NCBI RefSeq assembly: GCF_009914755.1
Contig: NC_060934.1
DNA: 64,000 bases
DNA from: the human T2T-CHM13v2.0 reference genome, Homo sapiens
Direction: 5' to 3' (one strand)
In this document: positions 15,780 through 29,990 of the stretch, piece by piece
Numbering within the stretch: the first letter of the stretch is position 1
Layout of the letters: each line of letters starts with the position of its first letter
Notes under the pieces: generated by a model
The model's database searches: none
Told to the model about the DNA's origin: nothing
Seen by the model: only the letters and a program-made list of their open reading frames with translations
Made by a program: the position numbers and the translations under genes

Positions 15780-16087
15780 TTTATTTTATTTATTATTATT
15801 ATTTCTTTGAGAGGGAGTCTCGCTCTGTTGCCCAGGCTGGAGTGCAGTGGCGCAATCTCGGCTCACTGCAAGCTCCACCTCCCGGGTTCATGACTTTCTC
15901 CTGCCTCAGCCCCAAGTACCTGGGCCTATAGGCGCCCGCCACCACGCCCGGCTAATTTTTTGTATTTTTAGTAGAGACGGGGTTTCACCGTGTTAGCCAG
16001 GATGGTCTCGACCTCCTGACTTCGTGATCCACCTGCCTCGGCCTCCCAAAGTGCTGGGATTACAGGCGTGAGCCACCGCGCCCGGCC
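15780..16087 (-). mobile_element. AluY-like
   Basis: AluY diagnostics; no TSD evident. Confidence 0.95.
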
Positions 16088-16744
16088 AAGGCATGCCCAT
16101 TTCTAAGCAGAAACTGTTCTTTTTAAGCTAAACTGTTCTTTTTATATACAATGTCCAACATTCAATAAAAAACTAAGACCAAAAAAACAAAAACACAGCC
16201 CACTGTCAAGAATTATGTCAACAATTAAACATTCAACATGCACAGAGATGTCCCACATGAAGTAGCTATCACAGACACTTTAAATAACTATGATTAATAT
16301 ATGCAATGACCTAGTAGAAAAGGCAGATAACATGCACAAAAAGATGGGAGAATTTCAGCAGAAAAATGGAAACTATTTTTAAAAGAGTCAAATGGAAATG
16401 TTAAAAATTCTCAAATAGTTTATTCCAAGTCCTTTAACATTTATTCCTATAATAAGTACAACGTTGGCATTTTTGTATCCCATACAAATGCACCTGGATG
16501 CCATCTCAAGGATCCTTAATACTATTTTCTCAATCAAATTGGTCATTTCTTTTTCTAAAAATCTGCCTTTAGATGACTGACTATAGCAAAAACTACTAAT
16601 GGGTAATAAGCTTTCAGTCTAGCTTATTCCATGATGTTCCAGAGCAATACCATACTGCCATGGACAGATGTGTCATGGCCCTAGAAGCAACACCCATTAC
16701 ACACTGGAAGCTGACAAAGACGCTTCATAAAAATGGAATTTCTT

Positions 16745-17039
16745 GGCCGGATGCGGTGGCTCACACCTGTAATCCCAGCACTTTGGGAAGCCAAGGCGGG
16801 CAGATTACCTGAGGTCAGGAGTTCAAGACCAGCCTGACCAACGTGGAGAAATCCCGTCTCTACTAAAAATATAAAATTAGCCGGGTGTGGTGGCACATGC
16901 CTGTAATCCCAGCTACTCAGGGGGCCAAGGCAGGAGAATCGCTTGAATCCTGGAGGCGGAGGTTGCGGTGAGCCGAGATGGCACCATTGCACTCCAGCCT
17001 GGGCAACAAGAGCTAAATTCCGTCTCAAAAAAAAAAAAA
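16745..17039 (+). mobile_element. AluS (Sp-like)
   Basis: Full dimer; TSD ggaatttctt. Confidence 0.95.
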
Positions 17040-19206
17040 GGAATTTCTTTCCAAATAGACAAACATATCTGACATTCCATTCTCATTCTTGCTATGCAGA
17101 TATTATTTCCATATTAGAATAATATCCAAAAAATAGTGATATAGAAGGTAACTGATCTTCAGGAGCTATTTAAGAGCTATAATATACATATTAGACACTT
17201 CTCATATAAACTGTAAGCATGGTTTTCAATTGAAAACTACAATAAAGTCAATTGAGTCTTAGATAGAAGATATTTCTCTTTTCACTTAGATCTTTTACTT
17301 CTTAAGCTATTATTATATGAAATTTTTTTCTTGATTTATTTCTAAAATAAGACTTCCTTAATTTTCCAAATACTATTTGGACTTAATAAACTGAATTAAA
17401 CCTGGCTTCTGTGTTCCTGGGTTCATTTAGCTTATCTACATGAAATAATCTGTAATCTAATACTAGCTTTTAAAGTAACTGGCTAGGTGCTATAAAAGGT
17501 TCAAGGATTACTAAATGGAGAAATATCCAAAGAAGCCAGATACCCTAGGCTGACTTCTCACTTCCCCACATACTTTATCTCTATGTAACACTTAGCAAAC
17601 AGTAACTTACTTACACTACTTACACCTATTTGCTATTATTTTGGAAAGGAAACCTTTTTCCTTTTCTTTTCTAACTTAAATTACACAGTTTGGTCTCAAA
17701 GAAAGTATATCTTAAAAAGAATACAATTCATAATTGTACTCTGTACACCATGCAAATGTACTCTGTACAAATGCAAACAGCTATTATTTATGTGATTTTA
17801 CTCTCCTGCTCATTTTCCAAGTTCTGGATGATGTTTTACCTGGAACAAACACATGCCTCTGGTAATGTCAGTGGTAAAGCCAGCATATGTTTTTGTAATC
17901 AACTTATACCAAGTACTTTTTACTGGATCTCTATTTTTGGGCCTGGTATTATGTTAAGTCCTATGAAGGCACATGAAAATACAAACAAAATCCTTTCTTT
18001 CAAAGGAAGATAGTAAACTTATTAGAATCATGGTCTGAATGAGAGCCTATTGAATGATCGAGGGTTAGGGTGTCTCCCTGGCAAATTCCTGGGTTTGCCA
18101 TGACAACTGCTTTAAGTTCTAGTAGAGAGGAAAAAAATAGATCTCCACATAACTTAGAAACATTTTCAGTAGAACACACATGTAAAGGGCTATTTACCAG
18201 TTGCAATATTTATTTTATTTGAAACCTATGAAGAAAGGATATCAAGCAATTTTCTTATTATCTAAAATCTTATTCACTTTAGCAAGAAATAAACAGAGTA
18301 TTTGGAGGAAAGTTTTCTTAGAATACACTTTGTAGTACAAGAGATTTAGAAATTAAAACCTTTAAAACACATAAAAAATTTCAAATGACCGTACACAAGA
18401 TAACCAGTTGAGTTATGCTGCCACCCACTGGACAAAAAATAAATAGCAACGCAATCCTTGCTCTGATTTTAACTACCAAGGGACTAGCTCAGTTTATTGG
18501 CAATCTGGCAGTAAAGATTTTATATGCAAATTGGAGTTTATAAATAGTGAATCAAAGTTAAGTACTGTTGGCTGATTATGGTTTAGTTTCTATTAATTTC
18601 CATTATTAATTTGACAGTCAACTTACTTATTTTGCTTAAAACCAAGATACAGTTAGACATCAACATCACTCTAATTTTATTAAAATGGTTTAAATGTAAT
18701 CAGTTAACTTCCTTTTAATTAAAAGTGAAATACTTAAAACTACTGTAAATTCAGCCTTATTTGAGATAAAAATTGCAACATTTCCCAGCACCTTTGTCTC
18801 TGTGGTCTCTCCTCAACAGGACCCTGAATGCAGGTTAGTAATATCGGCGCTAATCCTCCCACTTGAATGTTACTGTCCTGACCTAGGAACCAAATCTCTG
18901 TGTCAACACTGTTTACTGGGGCTAACATACAGTGTGAGTTCCAAAGCACTGACAAAAGAACTGTTAATGGGTCACTGACTATAAAACTACTACATCAAAA
19001 TGTCAGAATATTTTTATTTGGTGAAAATATACTCTATTTTAGATAACACATTAGCATATACAATAAATGTATCAACATTACTTGGGGAGAAAATGCCTCA
19101 CAATTGTTTCAATGGATTCTGGATTCAGAAATACACATAGAAAAAATGAAATGAGGAAGTGTCATTTAAGACAGTTTTAAAAGATTTTATATCCATCTAT
19201 CCATGA

Positions 19207-19945
<739 letters not shown>

Positions 19946-19949
19946 AGAA

Positions 19950-20280
19950 ATCTACTCCAAAGGTGGGGCTTGGACATCAGGACCAAACGGAGGACTAGCT
20001 AAAAACAGGTCAGGGCAGAAGCACCTCCCCATAAGACATGCCCACCAGTGTGCCATGTCAGTTGACCATTGCCATGGCAACACCCAGAAGTTACTGCCCC
20101 TTTCCATGGCAACAACCCAACAACCCAGAAGTTACCACCCTCTCCCTCGTTCTAGAAATTTCTGCATACTGCCCTTAATTTGCATATAATTAAAAGTAGG
20201 TATGAGTGCAGAACTGCCTCTGAGCTGCTACTCTAGACACAGTGCCCATGGGGTAGCCCTGATCCACAAGGAACAGTACC
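19950..20280 (+). mobile_element. ERV1 MER4-group LTR fragment (MER66/MER41-like)
   Basis: gaggactagctaaaa...cccaccagtgtgccatgtcag...gccatggcaacacccagaagttac motifs. Confidence 0.65.
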
Positions 20281-20989
20281 AATCTGAAATTGTCTTCCTT
20301 TTTTTAATGTAGTGCTTAGTCTTTAACATTTCACATAATAATAGACATGCTGAAGTTATCCTATTTTCTATTTATCTCATCTGTTCTCTGTACTTTTAAA
20401 AAATCCTTTCTTGATTTCTTTATTTTAAAATTATTCCATTTTTTCCCCTCTATGTCTTGTTAACTATGTTTTTTTACTACAGACTGTATCCTTGTCACAT
20501 TATAGTTGAAAATAAAGTAGTGCTTTACCATTTCCTGGACAATGCAAGGCTTCAGAACATTTCAAACCTTCACTCCTCCCTTCAAACTTACACATTATTG
20601 TCACGAGTTTTGATTATATATATATATTCTTATACCCTAGAAGACATTATCATTATTATTGATCCACACTTGCATATTTTCCCTTCTTCATTCCTACATA
20701 TCTTCAAGTTTTCATCTGGAAACATTTTCTTTCTATCTGAAAAACACTTTTATTTGTGTAAGAAACTACTGGTGATGAATTCTCCCAATTCTTGCCTAAA
20801 AATGTACTTCACAATTTTGCCTGGTTTGATGCCTCATTTCCTACTATGACTAGTTATTTCTGATTAAGTGCCAGATACTGCTTATGAAAAACTATGGAAA
20901 CAATCTGATGCCTAGGATAATGGTATCTCTCCAGAATTTACTTTTGTTACTAGTAAGCTTAATCGAGGCTCTAGCAAATCAAGACCACC

Positions 20990-21278
20990 ATTTTTTTTTC
21001 TTTTTGGGAGACGGAATCTCGCTCTGTCGCTCAGGCTGGAGTACAGTGGCACCACTGCAACTTCCGCCTCCCGGGTTCAAGCAATTCTCTGTCTCAGCCT
21101 CCTGAGCAGCTGAGATTATAGGCGCCCACCACCACACCCAGGTAATTTTTTTGTATTTGTAGTAGAGACAGGGTTTCACCATCTTGGCCAGGCTGGTCTT
21201 TAACTCCTGACCTTGTGATCTGCCCTCCTTGTCCTCCCAAAGTGCTGGGATTACAGGCATGAGCCACCACACCTGGCC
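20990..21278 (-). mobile_element. AluS
   Basis: Reverse-complement dimer; TSD aatcaagacca. Confidence 0.93.
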
Positions 21279-22389
21279 GAATCAAGACCATCTTAATCCA
21301 ATCAGGAATCAGGCTTTAGCAAATGAGAAGGCTAGTCTTTATTTTTTTATTCTTGCTAGTCCTGGGATGTGGTACTTCAGATTTAATGAGCCTTATACTC
21401 CAATTTATTACCCAACCCCCACAAGTGTTGTCAAAGCTCTATTAAATTTCTCAGCTCATTAGCCTCCTTTTCCAGAATAAATAGGTGACCCCAGTAGATA
21501 AATGGCTCAAATGTTAGGTTCCTCTATCTGAGTTTCCTTCTTCTCTTAGATCCTGGCCCTATAATTCACTTTGTTAGTCCTGTGGTCTGATTTTTGTAAT
21601 TGCTCTCAGCAGGGGGGGTGGTCCACACTATCTAGTCTTATCAATTATATGTCCACTACCAGACCCAGTAGAGTCATAGTTAAATAGGATACGTTAGGGT
21701 TCCCACTAGGAACCCCTGCAACCAATAAAACCACTCAAGTTTTTTTTACACGGACCAAAAAATCAGCTGTGATTAATTAAGGAAAGCAATAAATAGTATT
21801 TTAGATTTTTGAACAAGAAAGTATGTCCATCAAATTAGGGTTTTTAGGTTGTTCAGCCAAAAGAAGAGACTGCAGGAAGACAAACCAATTAAAAGAATAT
21901 TCCACTAGTGCAGGCATGAGCCAATGATGACGTGGAAGAGGAAGACAACAATGGGAATCAAAGAGGACAGAGCAAGATATATTATAGTATTCCATCCACC
22001 TTAACTAGCACCCAGAAATAGGAGAGAAAAAGCTAAGAGGAATATGAAATACCAAGCCTCAGAAAGAAACTAATTTGAATGAAGAGAAATTTAGATTTAG
22101 ACCTCAGTATGAGGTATCTATAAGATGAAATTCAAATCCAACAGGCAAGTGTAGGTCCTAATGTTAGGGTCCTGGTCTCTCACAAAAAATATGGTAATTT
22201 CTAAATGTTTCCATAGAATTTTCCAAAACTATTCAGAATATTATTTACTGAATTGGTAAACCAATTTACTCTCTATAGTCATCTATTTCCATTCACTGGT
22301 ATAGGAAAATACCAGAATTGGAAATGTACATTTTGAGGCTCTGGAGATACAGAAAAATAAAAATAAATAGAACTTCGTTATTACTTTTA

Positions 22390-22704
<315 letters not shown>

Positions 22705-23574
22705 TTAATAAGGACGAGAAAAGAGCCTGGTTTAAAAAAATTAAGGCAAAAGATACTGTTCACAATTTTGAACAATCCAGCAGTAAGTTAAAATGTATAA
22801 ATACACATGCAGTGAAATATAATAGTAAGGAGAACACTAAGGGGACTTAGCTATTTGTTTTATTAGTTTAACAACACAACAAAAAAAACTTTAAAGTGCC
22901 TGAAGTAAAGTAATTTTTTCCAAAATGAAAGAAATGTGTTTAAAAACAAAAAAGAGGCAGCAAGTTAGATTATGCTGTCATGTAAAAAATATTTACATTC
23001 AACAAATTATTCTAAAATCTCTAAAAACCATGTTCTCTAGTTTTTACGTCAACACCAAAAATAACTGGAGAATATGGGAACATTATTTTATATACTCTTC
23101 AATCTCCCCAACAGGATATGCCTTGGGATAAAAATAAATAAGTCCCTCTGACATATAAACTATACAAACCCACAGCTATTTTAAGATGCCCTTGACTGAG
23201 GCTGACGCCCTGTAGGTCCAAATCATTGATTTATCAACTCCAGCACTAAATTTCTGATTATCTGCCAAATGCAACTCCTCCCACGCTCTTATTTTGGCTC
23301 ATAACAACAATATTTCATTATGAAAACCAGAGCTGCAAACAAAATGCTCCATCCAAATAAAATGTTTCTGGCTCATAAAGCCTGGCACCGTCTCTTGATC
23401 TGTCCCCATGAAAACTGCCTTAAGGTCTCTATAAAATAAAGATTACATCAGGCCACACACATCACACTGAACAAATAAATAAAATGCTTACAAATCTAGA
23501 GAGCACAGGAGTAGTGGTCATCTGAAGCTAATTATGCTACTCTTTCCATTAGTACAGGTCACATTTAGTTACTC

Positions 23575-23890
23575 AGCATTCAGCCAGAACACATCTGCTG
23601 AGTTGTAATTGTGGCAGACACTAAGGATAAAAAGACAAACACGATAGAGTCCCTCCCCCTCAAGGAAGGGCCTGTGAAGTAGTCAGACAGGGAAGCAGAA
23701 ACAATAACACAATCACTGCCCTAATGGAGTTCTTATTGCTGAGATGCTATGGATCCACAGAAGAAATGCCAATAGTCTGTTCGGTTTTGAGAGGAGTGCA
23801 GGAGTTCCAGGAAGGCTTTACACAGATGGACACAAATGAGCTTAAGCCTAAGAAAAGAATGAAGAAGCATTTGCCAGGCAGGAAGCAGAA
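23575..23890 (-). mobile_element. L2 3' end remnant
   Basis: cattcagccagaacacatctgctgag...gtccctccccctcaagga resembles the reverse-complement L2 tail. Confidence 0.55.
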
Positions 23891-23893
23891 GAA

Positions 23894-24030
23894 AAAATAC
23901 CTTACACCTTAGTGTAAAGAACTACAGATATTTTAGTAAATCTACTTCCTTTTGATGTCGAGAAAATACCTTACACCTTAGTGTGAAGCAACGAGATAGT
24001 CTAGTAAATCTACTTCATTTTAATGTCAAG
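23894..24030. repeat. Two-copy tandem duplication, unit of about 69 bp
   Basis: aaaataccttacaccttagtgt...tagtaaatctacttc...atgtc(g/a)ag starting at 23894 and again at 23963. Confidence 0.85.
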
Positions 24031-24321
24031 AAAATTTATAAGATGATATATATTAGCACGTTTAATAAAGAGGCAAACACACAAATGCTGAGTGACAGAG
24101 CTGGAAACAGAGCCCTGGATCCCCATGTTTTAAACCACTCCCCGCTGCTATTTAATAATGGTTACAATCGTTATAATCTTATAAAAGGAATCATTTTGAA
24201 GCTAGACTTTTCATAAGACCATATTGCTGAACTCTAAGTGGGACATGTATTGATTCTAAAAACAAACTAAATTCCCTGGTTTTATATCATATATCACCCT
24301 TTTAAAAAATACTAACATCAC

Positions 24322-24632
24322 GCTGGGCACAGTGGTTCACACCTGTAATCCTAGCACTTTGGGAGGCCGAGGCTGGCAGATCGCTTGAGTCCAGGAGTTT
24401 GAGACCAGCATGAGCAACACGGCAAAACCCCATCTCTAAAGCAAAAAACATAAAAAATTTGCCAGGCATGGTGGCATGCACCTGTAGTGCCAGCAACTGG
24501 GGAGGCTGGGGTGGGAGGATCGCCTGAGCCCAGGGAGGTCAAAGCTGCAGTAAGCCATGATTGTACCACTGCACTCCAGCCTGGGAGACAGAGCGAGACC
24601 CCCATCTCAAAAAAATTAAAAAAAAAAAAAAA
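24322..24632 (+). mobile_element. AluJ
   Basis: Full dimer; TSD actaacatca. Confidence 0.92.
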
Positions 24633-25523
24633 CACTAACATCAGAAGAAATATCACTCTGATTTATGTTTTAATCATTAATAAGAATCATTACTATATTA
24701 ATATAAAACTAAAAATTATTTGGTTTCATAATAGGCTGTATTAGTAGGGTGAGGGAAAACAGACACTGTGATATATACAGAACTGATGGGAATGCAACTT
24801 GATACAACTTCTGTGAACCACAATTTAGACTTAGTAAACGACATTACTTACAAGACTGACTATTCACTTCAGCACTGTTAGTAATGGCCAAAGACTGGAA
24901 GTAACCTAAATATTCATCAATCAAAAACTGGTTAAATTAAGGTGTATCAATGAAGTAAGGCAGTTGAGATAAGCATTTCAGTAAAACAGTCGAGAAATGA
25001 TGATGAACCTGACTAGGGTACTGGCAAATGAACAGAAGTGTGTGACAGAGTCCACAGCGAGACCCGAAGTCCATAAACTGGATTCAGGTAGAAATTCAGG
25101 TAGATGGTGGAGTGAAGAATTAGAAAGCAAATCACTCAAAAGCTATAAAGCATAGATCTAGGGTTTCATCAACAATTTATACACAATGCCTAAGCACTAA
25201 ACATATGTGTTAAATGAATAAAGATTTTATAGTTAGCGGCAAAAAGATGAAGAAAGAAATTTATACTAACAACAAGAAAAGTATATATCTGACTATGACA
25301 AAACACTCTATCATTTGAAACAGAAAACAAAATGCTACTTAGTGCAACAACTGTTTGGGGAAAAAAAACACAAAAAAACTAAGCTATCTCAGACCACAAG
25401 TTGTGAAGAACAATATCCAAGCCCAAAGCACACCCCAGCATGTGCTATAAACTGTGGTTATTTCAAAACTGCTGGGGTGCTTCCTAATTGTGGTATAGAC
25501 CCTGGTAATCTATTGCTGAGTGA

Positions 25524-25774
<251 letters not shown>

Positions 25775-25850
25775 GCTGAGTGATTTTTCTAGACATTCTT
25801 CTACTTCTATACCAAAAGCAAAGTGGGATCAAGCCCTGGTATAAAGATTA

Positions 25851-25930
25851 TTTGGTTGGTGCAAAAGTAACAGAGGTTTCTGTCATTATTTTCAAAGGCA
25901 AAAACCACAATTCCTTTTGCACCAACTTAA
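25851..25930. mobile_element. MADE1 (Hsmar1-derived 80-bp palindromic MITE)
   Basis: GGTTGGTGCAAAAGTAA...TTTTGCACCAAC, 80 bp, TA on both flanks. Confidence 0.92.
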
Positions 25931-26497
25931 TAATACCTGATCTTCAAGCACTGAAGGTTTACTGAAGTGGGCAGGGGGAGGATCAAGCTAAGTGCTCCCT
26001 TAAACAGGAGTTTTTCTGCAACCTGCCCCAGATTTTAGAGCTGAGATGATGCCTATTTACAGGAGGTTTATCAATAAAGTGTTTACTTCAGTTGTTTATA
26101 TTGAAAGGTATTATAAATCAGTAGGCAAACCACTCTTCAAAGATGATAATACGAGTTCCAAAACAAGTTAAAATATGCACATATTTTTGTATCATAAAAG
26201 TCACCAAATATTGACATTGACAGAAAAAAATAAAGTTTTAAATAAAAGAAATGTTGACATGATAATCAATAGAATCAGTTAAGGTCTGAAATATATTTAA
26301 TCCAAAAATTTCCACAATTTATACCAAATTTTCAAATTAACAATCTATTCCAAAAATTACATGATTTGATCAACATTCACCTAGAAAACATTTATAAATT
26401 TATATCATAATCAAATTAACAAGCTTCCAAATGTGTATTAGAAAAGCTAACTGCAACCAGTCAGGAAAACCCAAGGAAGCAAAAATCAATACAATCA

Positions 26498-26662
<165 letters not shown>

Positions 26663-27494
26663 TCAGTCCAAGGTTAAAGCACACTTTTGATATATAACCA
26701 CTGATCCAATAATTCATACCTTCAAAAAGTAACCAATCACAACTTTTAAATAAAAACTTTATCCTCCCCCATCGGTGTTCGGATGGAAAAGATAGTACCA
26801 TCTGCTATAAATATGCCCTTCTAAGTAGTGTATTACACATTTAATCAGTACTAGAGAATCTAATAGTAGGTGAGAATCTAAGGTCTGAATATGATAACTA
26901 TTTATAAACCAGGTTCTCTCTCTCTTTTTAAATGAATGTCAAAATAAGGAAGAGAGAGTGGTTGATAATCAGTAGAGAGAGGTTTCTAACTCACGGAAGT
27001 GTTTGCAATACAACCTCTTTGTACATCAGCTGTGTGGAACAACATACTTGTCACTTCCTCCTTTCACTGTGCTGATCTCATATCCCACCCCACTTCCTAA
27101 TTTGCTGCTTCCATTAACAGGAGCTGAGAAACAAAATAACCAAAGAGAGTTAGAATTGTGTGTCAATAAACACCAACAGATTAAGGTCTCCCTCTGAGAC
27201 TAAAAATATGATTTTTACACCAGATACTTCAGTCATTCTTGCTTCTATTGCTGACTTCCACAGTGTCTGCATTATGTATGGTGGAGGTGGCAGGCTTCCT
27301 CTGTCATGATCTGAAAACCACTTTTGAATCAAAAAGTATAAACCAAACCCTCCAATCCGTAAGTGTGGAATACATAAAACACTTACAGAGCCTCATCTTA
27401 TGCATTCTACATTACATGTTTGTGTGAGGCATAATTCAAGTGCCTTGAACCTTAGTATACCCTTTCAAACCCAAGCAAATTAAATCTTAACTTA

Positions 27495-27647
<153 letters not shown>

Positions 27648-28719
27648 TTACTACGTGCCACATGTGGAGCAAACACAAATCACAGCCATTTTGCACTCTC
27701 AAATTCCTCTCACTTACTCTTCTGATTTTACACTGACACTCTATCACCTAACTATCCTATTTCAATTAAAAACAAAAAAGGCAACCTGGTCAAGGATGTT
27801 AAGCAGCCATTAATCATGGATTTAAGAGAAGTTAGTATGAACCTGTCCATCTTTAAAAATAACAACCAAACAAGCAATCATCACTGGCTTCCTTCTGGGT
27901 TTCCTGTAAGCTTCTGTCATTAGTGGAGCAGTCTCAAACATGCTCTGACCCTCAAATACACACTGCCAATTATGTGACAAAATGGCCTATCAATGAACCA
28001 CAGGAAAATTTGGAGAAATCGTGAACACCAACAATCAATCTTTGTAGACATCCTCGAGGAAATGTGCCTAAGGACAGGACTATGAGGATTAAGGTCCAAA
28101 TGCTGCAATCACAAAGAGGTTGCTGTAAAACTTGCCGAGATTTACAACAACACCAGCACCTCTTCATCATTACTACAGCTCCAACTCAGGCTGCTACTAT
28201 CTTAAACTGGATAAGCCCAACAGAAAAGAAGTCAGTGAACTGGGACCCTGCGCTGAGGCTTACTTCATTCCTACAGACAGGCTCTTACTCCCACACTACA
28301 GGTTTCCACAAAGCATTTGTACAGTGGATCCTAACAGCTTTGAAATCCAGGTAACAGTTGCTTCACGGCACTGAAATGTTAATATTAAAAAAAGAGCTAC
28401 CAGAAGAACCTGCCTATATTCTGTGTCATGAATCACAGTTACCTCAGGAGTAACAACAACGAGACCAGGTATTTCACTGTTTATTTTACCAGACTAGGAA
28501 GCAGAGTGGTTAAGTGACTTCCTCAAGAACTCAAGGCTCATTACTGTCAGAGATACCAGGTAAAGCAAAGCCTTCCCAGTATCTTTTTATCACATTATCG
28601 ATTTCCACACCTTAGTCATCCAGGTTCAAGATTTTTTTCTATGTACCATCTATATCATTTTTGTTCAATACTTTCTTTAAATCAATCCACTTCTGTTATT
28701 TAATTTTATTTTACAGGAC

Positions 28720-29210
28720 ATCTGAGGAATGAACTACTGAGGAATGTTCACAAAACAACATGGCATAATCTTAAATCCATTTTGCTAAGTGAAAGAAGCC
28801 AGACCCAAAGGGCTACATATTCTAAGAGTCCCATTTACATGATACTAATAAAGGCAAAACTATAGGGAGGAAAACAGATCAGTGGTCGACAGGGGCTGGA
28901 AGGTGGGGAGAAGGATTATCTATAAAGCAGTAGCATGGAGGAATTTTTATGGCAATTAACTGTTTTGCATGAAACTATGGTGGGGGATACACCACTTCAC
29001 GCATTTGTCAAGACCAAAAGAACTGTACATCAAATTACTATGTAAATTTAAAAAATCAACAAGGCTGTAGTGGTAAAGATGAAATGCAAAACACAAAAAA
29101 TGAACCGAATTACAAATGAATCACATAACCCACACTGAATGGAATGGGGAATAAAGGAGTGTTTTGACTAATGTAAAGCTAAAGACAAAAAGAACCGTAC
29201 ATGCACGTGC
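28720..29210 (+). mobile_element. L1M 3' end fragment
   Basis: gctaagtgaaagaagccagacccaaagggctacat...aaaggcaaaactataggg. Confidence 0.7.
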
Positions 29211-29224
29211 GCAAACATAACAGT

Positions 29225-29610
29225 AGGAAGAGGCCAGACATGTAGGTCCTTATGGGCCATTGTAAAGACTTTGACTTTTACTCTAAGGTGGAAGCCTCTC
29301 TGGAGGGTTTTGAGCAGAGGAGTGACATGATCTGGCTTAGGTTTTATATGGATCATTCCAGCAGCTGTGCTGAGGGTAAACTAAGTTTGGAGGCTGTGAG
29401 CTGATATGGGGTTGGGCCAGATGGTGGCACTGAGGACAATAAGGAGAGATCAGATTTTGAAGATATTTTAAAAACAGAGTCAACAAGATTTGCTGATAGA
29501 TTAGATGTGAGATGTGAAAGAAAGGTCGAGTGGCTCCAAAGTTTTTGGCTTCAGCACCGAAGGATGGGGTTGTCGTTTACTAAAATGAGGAAGACTGCAC
29601 GAAAAGCTTA
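29225..29610 (-). mobile_element. L2 fragment
   Basis: gagggttttgagcagaggagtgacatgatctggcttagg...aagatttgctgatagattagatgtg. Confidence 0.8.
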
Positions 29611-29634
29611 GCTGTCCAGCGGGCATAGCAGATA

Positions 29635-29990
29635 CTGTTGGTGCCCCACCCATTTACCCCATCCACACCCTACGACTACTTCTCTCAATGTTCTGTCCAG
29701 CTGCCAGAGCTTGCTCTGCTTGCGGGAGGAGCAGGTAAGAAATTGTGGGAGAATTAACCCCAAAGCAGCCTTCAACCAATGACTACTGAGGATTCAGTGT
29801 CATTACCACCAGTAGCTCCCTCTCCTTTTGGGTGAGGCGACTCTAAGGCCCCTGTGCTATACTGACTCCCAGAGCTCCCCACTGGTACTAAGCTCCAGCT
29901 GCCTACAGTGGTGACTTTACCTTACTGGCTTCCTTACCTTCCCTGCCTCACTTCCCCAATCCCCCTAGAGCTGCTTCCCAGGGTCACCGT
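29635..29990 (+). mobile_element. ERVL LTR (LTR16C-like)
   Basis: gcagccttcaaccaatgact...ccagagctcccc...aagctccagctgcctacagtggt...ttccctgcctcacttcccc. Confidence 0.65.

Larger units (their letters stand above)
14600..16420 (+). mobile_element. Old L1 5' UTR/ORF1-proximal fragments, interrupted by MER58A and AluY
   Basis: L1M-like motifs (acaatgtccaacattcaataaaa, agacactttaaataactatgattaatat, aagatgggagaatttcagcag). Confidence 0.55.

Noticed and set aside
20457-20849. 130-aa plus-strand ORF
   Set aside because: Non-ATG start, AT-rich, apparently within reverse-complement L1-like sequence; no domain or splice support.
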